A stretch of DNA of 62,776 nt, filler included, from Diploschistes diacapsis (lineage: Eukaryota), in NCBI GenBank assembly GCA_023645945.1. It is 6 parts of 6 records of this genome, joined end to end, with 100 filler letters (N's around TTAATTAATTAA, not from the genome) between each part and the next. Parts side by side here need not be neighbours in the genome. Positions count along the whole stretch, not along the records: positions 1 to 10,396 come from JALAIB010000930.1; positions 10,497 to 20,891 come from JALAIB010000931.1; 4 more parts are not named here. One strand, given 5' to 3'. This document shows positions 1-11,667 of the stretch, piece by piece (position 1 is the first letter of the stretch; every line of letters starts with the position of its first letter). The translations under genes and the position numbers were made by a program. Under the pieces are notes generated by a model. That model was not told the origin of the DNA and did no database searches. It was given only the letters and a program-made list of their open reading frames with translations.

Positions 1-256
1 CCTTATAAGACCATTTCTATATACTATTAATTTACTCGGTAATAATATTGGTTCCCTGAACTTAATAAAGCACGCAAAAATCAACGATCGTTTAAAACAT
101 ATCGATATTACTTATTATCACGTACGAGATCTAGTTAAGCAGGGACGTATCAAGATATTTTATGTTTCTATCGATAAAATGGTTGTTAATAAATTTACGA
201 AGCTATTAAACTACTCGAAGCATAACGCCTTTATTAAAGGATTTGATCTAGTTTAA
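1..256 (+). mobile_element. Ty1/copia retrotransposon pol 3' end (RNase H), RIP-mutated
   Basis: Translates to LGNNIGSLNLIKHAKINDRLKHIDITYYHVRDLVKQGRIKIFYVSIDKMVVNKFTKLL...DLV*. This matches the copia RNase H motifs KHIDxxYHxVR and MxADxFTKxL, with D->N changes expected from G->A mutation. Confidence 0.9.
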
Positions 257-310
257 AAGATATTTAATTAAACTATATAGTCATGCCGGACGATTCCGCC
301 TATAGGAAAA

Positions 311-525
311 TGTTGAGTAGACAGGTAAAAAATATGGCTAAAAGTCTAACTAAGTTCCAGAAAGAGGTTCAATTCAATTAAACCTTCTGGAATCCCAATT
401 AGACCGGGTTAAGAATAATGTAGGTAATAGGGCTTAGCGTATCCCATAAGGATAAAAATCTACAAAATAAAATAACCTCCTAGATAGACCTCTAGACTTC
501 AATATATCAATTACGTTGCCAAACA
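311..525 (+). mobile_element. 3' LTR of the copia element (about 215 bp)
   Basis: Starts TGTTG directly after a purine tract (AGGAAAA) downstream of the pol stop and ends CAAACA. A second copy of its 3' half is at 10497-10616. Confidence 0.8.
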
Positions 526-1029
526 TTTTCCGTACTGGTTCTTCGTTGGTATTAAATCCTTTAAAGGTTTCTAACGTTGGTAATTATTATAACGCGAGAT
601 ATTTTACGGATTATTTTTTATCTAACGAGTTATTTATTAAATCGTATTTTTCAACCGATAATATCTCGGTTGATTTTTTAAAAAACGGAAGTATTATCGA
701 TTTTCTTTTTTTTTTAATTCTTTCTATTAACGAAAATTATTATTTATAATAAATCGGCGGGTAATATTTTCGAATTCCAATTATCGTAAATTTACTCGAA
801 TATTTAATTCGATTAACGTTTTAAACTTTCGTCACGAGTACGAAAATAAATTAAACTTTTCGAATATGAAACGCCAGCGTAAAAAAAAATATTATTTTAT
901 CGAAAACTAGGCCTGATTCGGAAAAATTAAACGTAACTTAGGTATCTATAAATAAAAGGGTTCGATTCGAAAAACTAAAAAAGAAACTATTTAAATAGAA
1001 AGAAAGCACCGTTAAGTAATAACCACCCC

Positions 1030-1185
1030 TTGACCCTGCCGTGTCTTGGTAAGCACCTGGGTATTGACCCTGCCGTGGCTTGGCAAGCACCTGGGCATTG
1101 ACCCTGCCGTAGCTTGGCAAGCCCCTGGGCACTAACCCTGCCGTGGCTTGGCAGGCCCAGCTTGGCAGGCCCCTGGGCTGGGCTG
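1030..1185. repeat. 34-bp GC-rich tandem repeat, about 4 copies plus partials
   Basis: Unit TTGACCCTGCCGTGGCTTGGCAAGCACCTGGGCA starts at 1030, 1064, 1098 and 1132. Confidence 0.9.
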
Positions 1186-1750
1186 TCTCATCGTGTTTTA
1201 AAATTTTTAATCGTAATATCCGTGTCCGTGCTTTTATTATAGTATAATATCCGTAGAAATGTCCGTGCCGAGAAAATTTTCGCGGTAGTGTCCGTGTTAG
1301 TAACCGTGGCACGCAACGGCCAGCCTATATAAACGTAACGTTCGAAAACGGAATCTTAATTACGACAAAACGGGATTATAAAATCATAAATAAAAAAAAG
1401 GCGAAAAAACTTATTATCGATAATAATTAAACGGAATTATCGACGTATAAAGAGAAATTAACGATAAGAACGGGCGTTAAAACGATAAAGAAGAATTAAA
1501 GGAATTTACGGGGCTATATCGCGTCTATTCATATATTTATTAATCAAATAAAGTTATAAATAATTTTATTTTTTAAATAATTAAAATTATATAATAAAAA
1601 AATTAAGAATATTTATAATTTTATATAATTTATATACATTTTGAGGTACCGCGGGTGCGCGGGAGCCACCTACCCTATTAGGCTTAAAGGGATAAAAAAA
1701 TTAATTTCCGTCAGAATAACTGCGCCCGATTTCTGGAGCGTCCTCTATAA
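1186..1750. mobile_element. Stacked DNA-transposon ends (hAT-like end near 1327; further TIR-like ends near 1640-1678 and 1700-1748)
   Basis: Repeated CCGTGTCCGTG/CCGTGCC subterminal motifs end in GGCCAGCCTA. Two further GC-rich terminal-looking blocks end at TA within AT-rich DNA. Partner TIRs and TSDs were not found. Confidence 0.4.
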
Positions 1751-2297
1751 GAACTAACGCCATGTTACTTCGTCCCAGGCACATGCCTCAAAAGCTATAT
1801 GTTGCTGTTTAACTTTTTAATGGAGCTGATTGAACATTGATAGAAGCATCGATTGGCTAGAGCATCGATGGGCTAGACACACATGCGACCTCGCTCCATG
1901 TGCAGATATGGAGTACGATGGCGTACATTGTTGCACTCCCTCAAGTTCCCACTATCAAGACTGTCAGCACTGTTTTTCGAAAGGTTTTACAGTTTCAGCG
2001 AAATGACTTGGATGTAACATCCTCGTGGCACGTGCAAATACATCTAACAATGGAAGATCTTTGGACCTCGAACCTTTGATAAACTGTATCGAGGAGGTGC
2101 GCGTTTGCGACAGGTGTCTTTGAGTTGAATATTTTAAAGGAAGTGCGACGAACAAGTACTGCGCTTTATTGATCACGCACTTGCCCCCACTGTAGCATTG
2201 TAGAGAAAATAATAATATTAAAAACTAGCTTGATACACGACCGAGTCTGATTACAATGCTACAGAAACCTCCTACTTCATCGTGTTGAGGGAAAACT

Positions 2298-3889
2298 TCA
2301 GAGTAGCTCGCGGAAAACATTTGGTGCAATGAGAAAGATGAAGAGGGTAAAAAAATAGATACTGCAAGTGCTTGCCGAAGAGACGGCCGTCGTTGCCGAC
2401 ACAGCCGCATTTGCAGACAAAAATCCTGTGCTTGACGAGCCTTTACTCCCTTGATCACCCGTCGGAGCGCTACCACTGCCCTGACTGTCAGTAGTCGTGT
2501 CCAAGCTGGCGCTTAAGGTCCACGATCTTGAGACTAAGCTGCTGCCCTGGCTGCTGGTAGTTGTGTCTAAGTTGGTTCTCGAGGCCCACGATCCTGAGGC
2601 TGAGCTGCTGCTTTGACTGTCGGCAGCGTTTGAGTTGGCGGTGGAAGCCCACGACCCCGTGGATGAGGCAATTGTTTGGTTGCTCCTCTCAGCATTGCTC
2701 TGAAACTCTGCGCAGCGGTCTCCTGAATTGATTTGCAAAGACCATGCCGGAACTGCAATGGGAGAGGGGAACAGTCTGACGGCAGAAAAACCACATCGGG
2801 TCGCTCTCCGTCACCTGAAAAATTTGGCGTTGTTGGATGAGCCCTGTTTGGTTTCTGGGGTTGAAGAACCGGAAGCCAGAATCAAATCCATTTTGCGAGA
2901 CGCAGGGATTCTCGAAAAATGACTGGGTGACTCGTGTGGTTCAGAGCCAGAAACTGAAACACAATTATATCGCCGATCGCAGCTTCCACAGATTGTGGCT
3001 CAAACAACAATTTGCCTCGGGCGCCAACGTTTACCAAATGTGTTTCGCCTGGCGCATGTGCGGCGGTTGGGGTGATGATGGACGGTTCAGTGCTACTTCC
3101 GGGGTCAGATGGAAATAGGCTAATGGCGGTGCTTTGTCGCGGGAGCCCACGGTGTGGCAATCACACTTGCCAGAGATTCTATGACCTCTGAGTTCTGAGA
3201 AGGCTGGGGACCCGACCGTACGCCTTGGTTGGTCTCAGTGGCTGCAGACGCTCCGGCAGTATCTGATCCCGTAGCAGTTCCGGACTGGATATCTGGAATA
3301 GTAATAAAGACTGGGATGTTCGAAACAGACATAGAAGCAGCAGCAACGTCCGATAACGAAATAGACCCAAGCTGATTGGGTTGATCAGTAATAAAAGCTG
3401 AATTGGTCGTACCAGACGCAGAAGTCAAGGCGCCACTCGATACTGTCGCAGCTTCAGACCCGCTGGTTGGCGCAGTATTGGAGAACAATTATCGGCAGAA
3501 ATGTCGAATCGGCTAAATTCGTTGCGATATTCGTAGATTAGCAGACGCAATCAGTGCCAAGCGCAGGTGGGAAATACAGTCACTGTGACCGTGCTCACAG
3601 CCATTGTGTTTGCGCCGAGTGCAAGATTTGGTAAGTTCGAAAACGAAGGGGTTTGCGGTGACATTGAAGAAAGACATTGGTTGCAAAAGTTGGAACGAAC
3701 ATACTACCGGGAAATTGAGCAAGTTCTAATCCATGATGTTCGCTTCAGCTCTGGTAGATACAGTGGTGGGCGAAGGGCAAAGCCTAGTGAGGAGCGGGTT
3801 TCTGCTACCTGGGAGCTGAAAAGCGCTACCTGCGACTTTCCCAAGGCGGAAAGAAGCACGAGTAAGCAGCAGAAAACCGAATTCTGCAT
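2298..3889 (-). CDS. Secreted, GPI-anchored Ser/Thr-rich protein with a cupredoxin domain (frameshifted in this assembly)
   Basis: Signal-like MQNSVFCCLLVLLSALG; THLVNVGARGKLLFEPQSVEAAIGDIIVFQFLALNH; across frameshifts VTQSFFENPC, GFDSGF, PMWFFCRQ, HCSSGMVFAIN; Ser-rich tail and hydrophobic C-terminus. The 5' exon structure is uncertain. Confidence 0.75.
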
Positions 3890-4035
3890 GGAATCCAATT
3901 CTAGATTATGAGGTATATAAGCAAGACGTATTGAGTCTCTATATGCAAAACATTTAACAAAATAGCTGCACCGAAGAGATCTCACTTCCTCCTCGCAAAA
4001 AAAATTGATTAATTCAATCAAAAGGAAGCGACACA

Positions 4036-5986
4036 ATGTCTGACCTCGCGGCTTACGACAGTGTGATTTTGCGTGCGGTCAAAGAGATGGAAAATAGCAT
4101 TGAATCTCCCCAATTGACTGGGACGAAGCAAACAACATCGACCACCAACAATACCGGTAATACTGGATCGTCATCCCGCATCGAACAAGACGCATCAAAC
4201 AAGAGCAATGGCAACGATGCTGGATCATCGCAGGCTAGCAATACAAAGCAAGAACAAGAGCAACCGCGCTCTAGAAAATATCAAAAGCCGACCGTAGTAG
4301 ACGAAGAGGAAGAGAATGACGATGTCATGAAGTACGCTAGAAAGGAAGGGGGTCTCGCCCTAGAAGAGTTCCAGAAAAAAGGTCTCCAAGAGATGGAACG
4401 AATCAAGTACTGCTCTGCAGACGACGTAGAGGAATTGTGGGGTATAGATCCAGCAGACTTGGATCGAGGGAAACGAAATCTCCATCTTAAGCTGCTGATG
4501 CGTCTTGTTCATTCAGACAAGCACCCAGATGCCAGTGAAGAGCAAAAAGCGGACCTGAACGCGGCATTCAACAGTGAGTACTTTCTTGACACTACCCGTC
4601 CGTGACTGACAGCCATCAGAGCTTAAGGATACTGAAAAGTATGTTGATAATCCTTCAAAGAAGGATATTTCAACCGGTAAGAAAAAGCGTGCTGGCCATG
4701 CCATCCCCCCAGTGGGACCTCAGTACCTCAGTTTCTACAATCAAGTGAATTACCTGCAGGCTCTGGAGACTCTTTTCAGAAATCCAAACAATGAACCTGC
4801 GATCCGACTGATCGAAATGGTCAACGACAGATTTATAAAGCTCCACAATCAAAAGACTGATCAAAAGCCTATGACTGGACAGGTGCCAATCCGAGAGCTT
4901 GTGCAATTTTATGCAAGGGCGCATAATGCCATTGAAGGCTTCGACGAAGCGAACGAAGAAGAAAAATCCAAGAGACAGGCTGATATGGCCAAAGTTTTTG
5001 AAGAGTCGAGGATTTATTGCGAAGGTTGTGGTCTTCCCCGAAGTTTCTCCTCGCCCTCACCCGATTGCAATCGTGTCCCTACCTTCTGGCGCAACTCCGA
5101 TAAGAATAGAGAGAGCGTGGATGACGGAATGGAAACAGCCGATTCGTTCAGAGAGAAGCAAAATTCTAGAGATCCAGGCACTGCTGGCGCAGGATCGGGG
5201 CCGTCAGATGCTGATCATTCTGAGGCGAGAGCAGAGAGTTCAAGCAGACAAGACTCAGGTGCAGGCAGTACGGACAGAAAAGATTCGGTTCCGGGGTCAT
5301 CAGAATCGACAGATGTGCACATATCAGGCACCTCCCCTGCGTTCAACTCGAGCCCTCAAACAGGAGGGTCCTCTGGAGGCGTTCAAGGTGCTACCGAAGC
5401 AGAAGCACATCAAAAGACGTCACCGGTACAGTCGAGTTTCGAGCTAGCTAGACAGCACAAAATGACTTTTGATGGCAAGAGAATGCTTGCAGCCAAAAAA
5501 GTTGCATCCAAAAATTGGGCCATCATCGTCAACGAAGGCACCGAGGAGGTTCCATACTACCGGTTCAGATCTGGAAACGGCTGCGGCGGTAAAACATTAC
5601 TTCATGGAATCGTGGAACAACTTCCCCGCCTTGATAAGGTTTCCATTAAAGAAGAGAAGGAGGCGGAAGACTCTAGATTTACGCGGCTTCTCGGAATAGC
5701 TCAGCTCGGGACTCAGACTTACTGCTACACGTCTTGGGCAGGAAAAGATCCGTTTTGGATATCGCGAACGAAGCTGTCTGAACGTCTAGGGAGCGGGCCA
5801 ATGGTCGATCAAATGGTCCAGGAGTTAGGAGCTGAGCTTTCCACGTCGGACTCAATGACAGCCATGATTCCCCAAGCTGGTAGACTTGGTATGGCGTATC
5901 CCAGACGGCTCATACTCAAACACAGGGCCTTCCCGGCACCATCGTTGAATGCCGTTGCTCACCAACTCTCCTCGCTTCGTTTGTAA
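4036..5986 (+). CDS. Hypothetical protein of about 635 aa with a divergent DnaJ/J-domain-like segment
   Basis: Exon 1 is 4036-4573 and the intron is 4574-4619 (GTGAGT...CTGAC...CAG). Exon 2 stays in frame with ORF 4712-5986. Motif LKLLMRLVHSDKHPDASEEQKADLNAAF. Confidence 0.7.
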
Positions 5987-6642
5987 CAATAAGGTAACTT
6001 CTGGCGTTTGAGTGCTTTCACCACAACGCGCATTGCCTTAATACTCCTTTCTACCCTCACTTCCTGTATCTAAGCATTTTTAGTTGAGACATTTTATGGA
6101 TTACTTCTTTTATTCCTTTGAGTAACTTTTATGTCTCGAGTATGGCACCGTAAAGACCTGCTTAAGTTTTTATGATCTTATAGCATCTTTCAAGCTGTTG
6201 GCGGAGGGAGCCGTTTTTCTTAACGAGCTCGATAATTCATTCTCTCAGTATCGTTTCTTTGCCTCTGTCTTGGTTGCTTGAAAGTTTACACTGGTGAAGA
6301 GCCATTTTTGATGTAGTGATACCCAACGTACTGGCCTTGTGATCGAACGAGGTGATCTCTGGCGGCATGCTAGGTGGAAATGATCTTCGCCGGAACACCA
6401 TGCTTCAGAATGTTTCAAGGTTTGGGAATGATGATTATGCGGGTGAGAGTGATTAGTCTTGTGGTGAGTTTGAAGAACGGATTGGTTTTTAGCGACCAGG
6501 AAAGGGGCAGCACATTTCCGCCACCAACTGGTCGGTAGCATTTTTCTGCTTTGTGAGTACGAAAAGACTTTGCAAATTGTCATTCTACATATTCAGCTTC
6601 TCGTCCATGTTGATCGTTGCTAAGCACTTTTTAACCATACAA

Positions 6643-7710
6643 ATGGATTCTACCCAGATACGCAGACACATACAAGTCCTTTACGGTGACAGCGATGGGA
6701 TCGACGAAGCGGAAGACGGACGAGAAATCAAAAAGCATAAGATTTGCAACTAAACATGTACGAGTGCCAACCAAAGAACCTCCCCTTCCCAAAAGGAGGT
6801 TCCCGATAAAGCCAACACCAGCAGTGGCCGCCGTACGACAACTTACTTGTCGTACCGCAGAGCCTTGGGAAATGGCCAAAAAGATGTTTCTACAGAAATG
6901 CATGACCATCTGCAATGGAAGCTCGTGGCAGCAACTTCATGTTGCGGTACAAGAGCGGAATATTGCGGCGGATGATGCTCAACGCCTACTCCATATTTCT
7001 CACAATCATATCGTAAACCTTCTGGATGCTTGGTCTATGAGCACATGGACGTTTCTCTGCGAAGCATTGCATCATTGACCAAAAAGCTGAGCTATCATGA
7101 TATCAGTACGGCATGCAAATCAGTAAGTTCAAACTGATGGCTGAAGAAGGAAACCCACTCACGTTCACAGCTGTGCAAGGGATTGCAGTTCGTCCACAAC
7201 GAACTCAAGATTGCACTTGGCAATCTAGGCTGGCAAAACGTTCTTGTCGACCGAAAAGGAAATATCAAAATAGGTAATTTTGTAACGAGATCTACTGGCT
7301 GCATGCTCAACGAGAGGATAGCAAATATTGGCGATGCTCTGTTAGAGAACACGCAGTTGACTTCGCCAACGATACGGAAGGATATCAGAAGCATAGGGCT
7401 AGCCATGGTAGAGCTCATGGAACAATCGGCCAGTGCCCGAAATCCTGATAATTTGAAAGTCACTAACCCTGACATCTGGGCCGATTGTCCTGCTATTCTT
7501 TCATTTCTTGCTGACACGGCCACTCATTCGCTAGATGAATTGCTGGAACATGTGTTCCTATCTCACGAAGGAAAGGCTGAATCCTTTTGCGACTTGGGCT
7601 CTCGTTGCGCAATTCAATGCCTACATTCCAAACTACCCTTTTGCTGTAATGAATCCAATCAACTAAGAATGAAAGAGAATTTTTTATCCAAACAAAACAA
7701 TAATTATTAA
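6643..7710 (+). pseudogene. Protein-kinase-like (pseudokinase) gene, disrupted
   Basis: HISHNHIVNLLDA, then LVYEHMDVSLRSI in another frame (internal deletion), an intron at about 7122-7170, then LCKGLQFVHNELKIALGNLGWQNVLVDRKGNIKI, ANIG and DIRSIGLAMVELME. HRD and DFG are absent. Confidence 0.65.
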
Positions 7711-8088
7711 AAGATGGATGAGTTACATTTACTTTTCTCTTCTTGAATGCTTTAAATCTATGCTTTCAAGACGAGAGCAAAATGGTGAACAAACGATAAA
7801 CAAAACGACGATGAAAAGTTTGGGTCGATCATCTTCGTCCTCCTTTTTTCTGCTTTATCTACAAGTAGGCGCTTAGAGCATCTGTTTTCCGTTACTGACA
7901 CCTTACATGCATTTCACAACCTTTCAAATAGTGTTCTCTACGTATCATGGATTCCGCATTCGGTCGCAAACTACATATATCTAGCCTTTCCTGCTCCTTT
8001 CACTTTTCCATGCAGAAACCACCAAATTGCTGCACAATATCATCGTATCTCTTCAGACAATACTTTTGAGCTTATTCTACTGTTCAGC

Positions 8089-9800
8089 ATGTATTCTCTG
8101 GAACAGGTCACTAGCCAGTCTTCTTCGACATCGACGCTTGTAAACCCAATACCCGATTTCGAGGGAACGCCGACGGAGCAAGAGCACAAAACGCATTTCC
8201 TCCACCTTTTTTGTGTCTTTGGTCGAGTTCCTGTTCACCAGTCCTATTTCCGGTCCTGGTGCCTTAAGGAGCCGCGACCAGCATGGACCAATATCTTCTT
8301 CTCGAACAGTGACTGGGACACTTCGAAATTTGGCGATGTTTTGGACGAATTCCAGAGCCTCTATCTTGGATCGATGTCCGGTTCTTGGTGGAATTTCGAA
8401 TTTTTACTCGCCGAAGATGCTCGTGATCGCCTTCTGACATGCCTAGGCGAAGAAGAAACGCGGCTATGTCGCGGAATCGTCTTCCCTATTGGCCGCTCAT
8501 TTGAACACTCTTGGCCCTTTCAACCTCTTGTCGACTGACGAGCGGGACATCCTCCAGCATCTCGATTTGTGCACTCAACAATATTCTCAAATTCTTCGAA
8601 GATATCGGGGATGAAGCTTTGATATCGCCGATGACCACGTATCTATTTGCCCGTGCCTATCAGGATGCTGGAAGATTCGAAGATGCCCACAAGCTTTTCA
8701 AGGTAACCATGAAGCGCGAGTCACTGACTTCCGGCAAGCAGCAGCCTCGTTTTCTGTTTCTGTCGGAATGCTTGGGCTTGAACTACATGATGCAAGGCCT
8801 TTTACTGTGAGGCGGAGCATCTCTTCAAGAAGAACATAGCCAGCAGAATCAAGAATTTTGGATCCAGGCACCAGAGCACCCCTAGAAAGCATGGAGAATT
8901 TGGCCAATTGCCTCAAAAATCGAGGAAAATATGCTGAAGCAGAGGATCAATTCCTTCGAATTCTTTCGAGGGTCGAGAAGCCTTGGCCGACTCTGCGAAA
9001 CAATCTCGCCGTTATTCGCTGCGAACAAGGTCGTTGGATCGAAGCGGAAGAGCTTTTCAGAGAGCTGGTGGACGAACGAACGGCAAAGCTCGGAGCGAGA
9101 CATCCAGACACTCTGTCTACAATGCACAATCTCGCAACACTTTATGGCGACTTGGGTAAGGTTAATCAGGTAGAACCGATCGCTCGAACAACGCTAGAAG
9201 AGAAACTCAGCTGCTTCGGACCAGACCATCCCAAATGTTTTCTCGACCATCGAAGTTGTGGCTATGCTCCATCTCAAGCGAGAAGAACCTCAAATAGCAG
9301 AACGCATGCTGCTTAATGCTTTGAAGAGCAGCGAGAATGCTCTGGGTCGTGATCATCCTGAAACGCTGAGCATCATGGATGGTCTCGTCGTCGTACACTC
9401 GGAGATGGTGCAGATAGTCAAGGCCGCATATCTTGGGCAGCGCGCTTTCTTCCCAAGTGCCGTACAATATGGTTCGAAACAGCCAGACACACTGGTAATC
9501 GTCCAAAACCTTGCTTTCGTCCATCAACTCATAGGCGACTTCAACACGGCTGAAGGATTATATACGGAGATTCTGCGAGGAGGCACAACCGCAAAGTATA
9601 TACAGATTAAATGTACTCTACGCAACTTGGTGGAAATGTATCATGGGCAAGGCAGATTGAGGGAAGCCCATCAATTAAGGAAGAAGATGGAAAACTTTTA
9701 CATCAGCCGTGTACTGGGACTGTTTCAAAATACCCTTTCTCTGGCCGTTAGAAAAAATTACTTTTGCTTCCTCGATTACACACCGGGCTGGAGATAGATA
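8089..9800 (+). CDS. TPR-repeat protein (kinesin-light-chain-like repeats as in fungal NLR C-termini), frameshifted, no NTPase domain seen
   Basis: Repeats LGARHPDTLSTMHNLATLY, FGPDHP, LGRDHPETLSIM, QPDTLVIVQNLA and GRWIEAEELF are spread over ORFs 8089, 8511, 8858 and 9258. Confidence 0.8.
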
Positions 9801-10396
9801 GGCCTCTGCGTACCGCAAAATCGAATTTCTCCCATCATAGCACGATGAACAGACTCGGGATTTTGTCCGACTGCTTGAATTATGCCTTTGAGATCCTTAG
9901 ATTCTTACAAAACAGCTTAGAAGTGATCGCCGGCCGTATAGCTGCAGTGGAACGCTATTTTGTCCAACATTGCCACTCCGGTAGGGTGCCTCTGATCATG
10001 CAAACCGATATAATAGGCGTCTTACTGGTGACTCATAGTGTGTAGTTTAATTCACGAGCAAGGTCGAATGTATGTATCGTCAGATAGCGTTATCATTGCT
10101 TGTTGCGGCTGCTCCTACCCAGCCATAAGTCCAGAAGCGTAGCCACAATCCTGACTTGCTCGACTGCATGTGGAAACACAGACCTTATTTCGTACCGTAA
10201 TAGCCTGTCCTGCCACTCAAGCGCCTGATCCCCATCAGGCGAGTCGAAGCATGTAATATTCCGACCATGGACGTACCTCTTCCACCTGGCTCGCTCGCGT
10301 ATACATTTAATGTTCTGCCGAACCCATAACTCGACAACTTCGCAAGGGACGCAGCTTGGTCGACTGACTGCGAGTGAGTGGCAGGTGTCCGATGGC

Positions 10397-10496
10397 NNNN
10401 NNNNNNNNNNNNNNNNNNNNNNNNNNNNNNNNNNNNNNNNTTAATTAATTAANNNNNNNNNNNNNNNNNNNNNNNNNNNNNNNNNNNNNNNNNNNN
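10397..10496. other. Artificial contig linker (identical linkers at 20892-20991, 31385-31484, 41875-41974, 52327-52426)
   Basis: N44-TTAATTAATTAA-N44, exactly 100 bp, with stop codons in all six frames. Confidence 0.98.
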
Positions 10497-10616
10497 GCTT
10501 AGGAATAATATAAATAATAAGGTTTAACGTATCTTATAAGGATAAAAGTCTATAAAAATAAAATAACTTTCTAGATAAATCTTTAAACTTTAATACATCT
10601 ATTACGTTATTAAATA
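10497..10616 (+). mobile_element. Partial LTR of the same copia family, more heavily mutated
   Basis: Aligns to about 407-525 almost entirely by C->T and G->A changes (TTACGTTGCCAAACA vs TTACGTTATTAAATA). Confidence 0.85.
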
Positions 10617-11005
10617 AGTTATAAGCCCGGATTAGCATCTATTTTATTACGCTTAATCGTTTATTAAAACTACGTTTCCCGACAGTTATTACGGTTACGA
10701 ACGCGAGTACCGATTACGTTACCTAACGCAGATTAAATCGAAGAGATCTAAAAGCCCAGGATCTGAATCATAAGACCCTAGGGTAAACTGATTCAAAAGT
10801 AGAAATTATACTATTTTAAAAGAACGCGGGACCTTAATACGCTGGCCTAAAATAAACCTAAATAAGAAATAATTAGATCTAGATATCATCTGTATAAACC
10901 AACGAAAAACAATCTTCTTTCCTTTCTCGATAATAATCGAAATTCAGCTGAACCTTGCTGAACCTTTCGATTAACTTTATTTCTATTGTAAAGAATTACC
11001 TTCTA

Positions 11006-11528
11006 ACGTATATGCATAGCGAGCGGACACTCATAGCGAACGGACACCCCCCACCCGATTTTATGCTCTTTTAACTTTCGCATTAATTTTCTACACGTAT
11101 GATTATGGAATCATCTTTAATTAAAAATAGAATCATAATGGCACTTTAAACTATCAAATAAAACTCAAATCTTAATATAAAACGTGTATTTTAAATATAT
11201 AAGATTTCTCGTACGACGCTTATTGCTCGACGCGATGATCGTTTTTAAGACACGATATTTTAATTAAATTAATAAATTTAATCGTGTTAAAAAACAATTA
11301 TCGCGTCGAGCAATAAGCGTCGTACGAGAAATCTTATATATATAAAATACGCGTTTTATATTAAGATTTAAATCTTATTTAATAGTTTAAAATGTTATTA
11401 TAATTCTATTTTAATTAAAAATGATTCCATAATCGTACGCGTAGAAAATTAATATAAAAATTAAAAGTTCGTAAAACGGATGGGAGGTGTCCGTTCGTTA
11501 TGAGTGTCCGCTCGCTATGTATATACGT
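11006..11528. mobile_element. Foldback (palindromic) non-autonomous pogo/Fot1-type element, 523 bp
   Basis: TA on both sides; TIR ACGTATATGCATAGCGAGCGGACAC. The whole element is an inverted repeat centred near 11267. Each arm holds a transposase N-terminus (11105: MESSLIKNRIIMAL*TIK*NSNLNIKRVF*IYKISRTTLIARR, HTH_psq-like). Confidence 0.85.
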
Positions 11529-11667
11529 TACAAGAAAAGCCTGCCTATAATAATAAGAATCATCTTTAAAAAGCTTCGATAACCATCATAAAAATAATAA
11601 AAATGAGCTCAAATTACTATGGCGAAAGCTGCATATTGGGACTAGCGGTGGTCACATTCTGTCGGAC

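Noticed and set aside
1030..1185. CRISPR-like array
   Set aside because: Units are contiguous with no spacers, there are no cas genes, and the context is eukaryotic.
938..1312. 124-aa ORF with repeated PRGLPS
   Set aside because: By-product of the 34-bp tandem repeat inside transposon debris.
10441..10452. TTAATTAATTAA palindrome recurring every 10.5 kb
   Set aside because: Artificial six-frame stop linker embedded in Ns.
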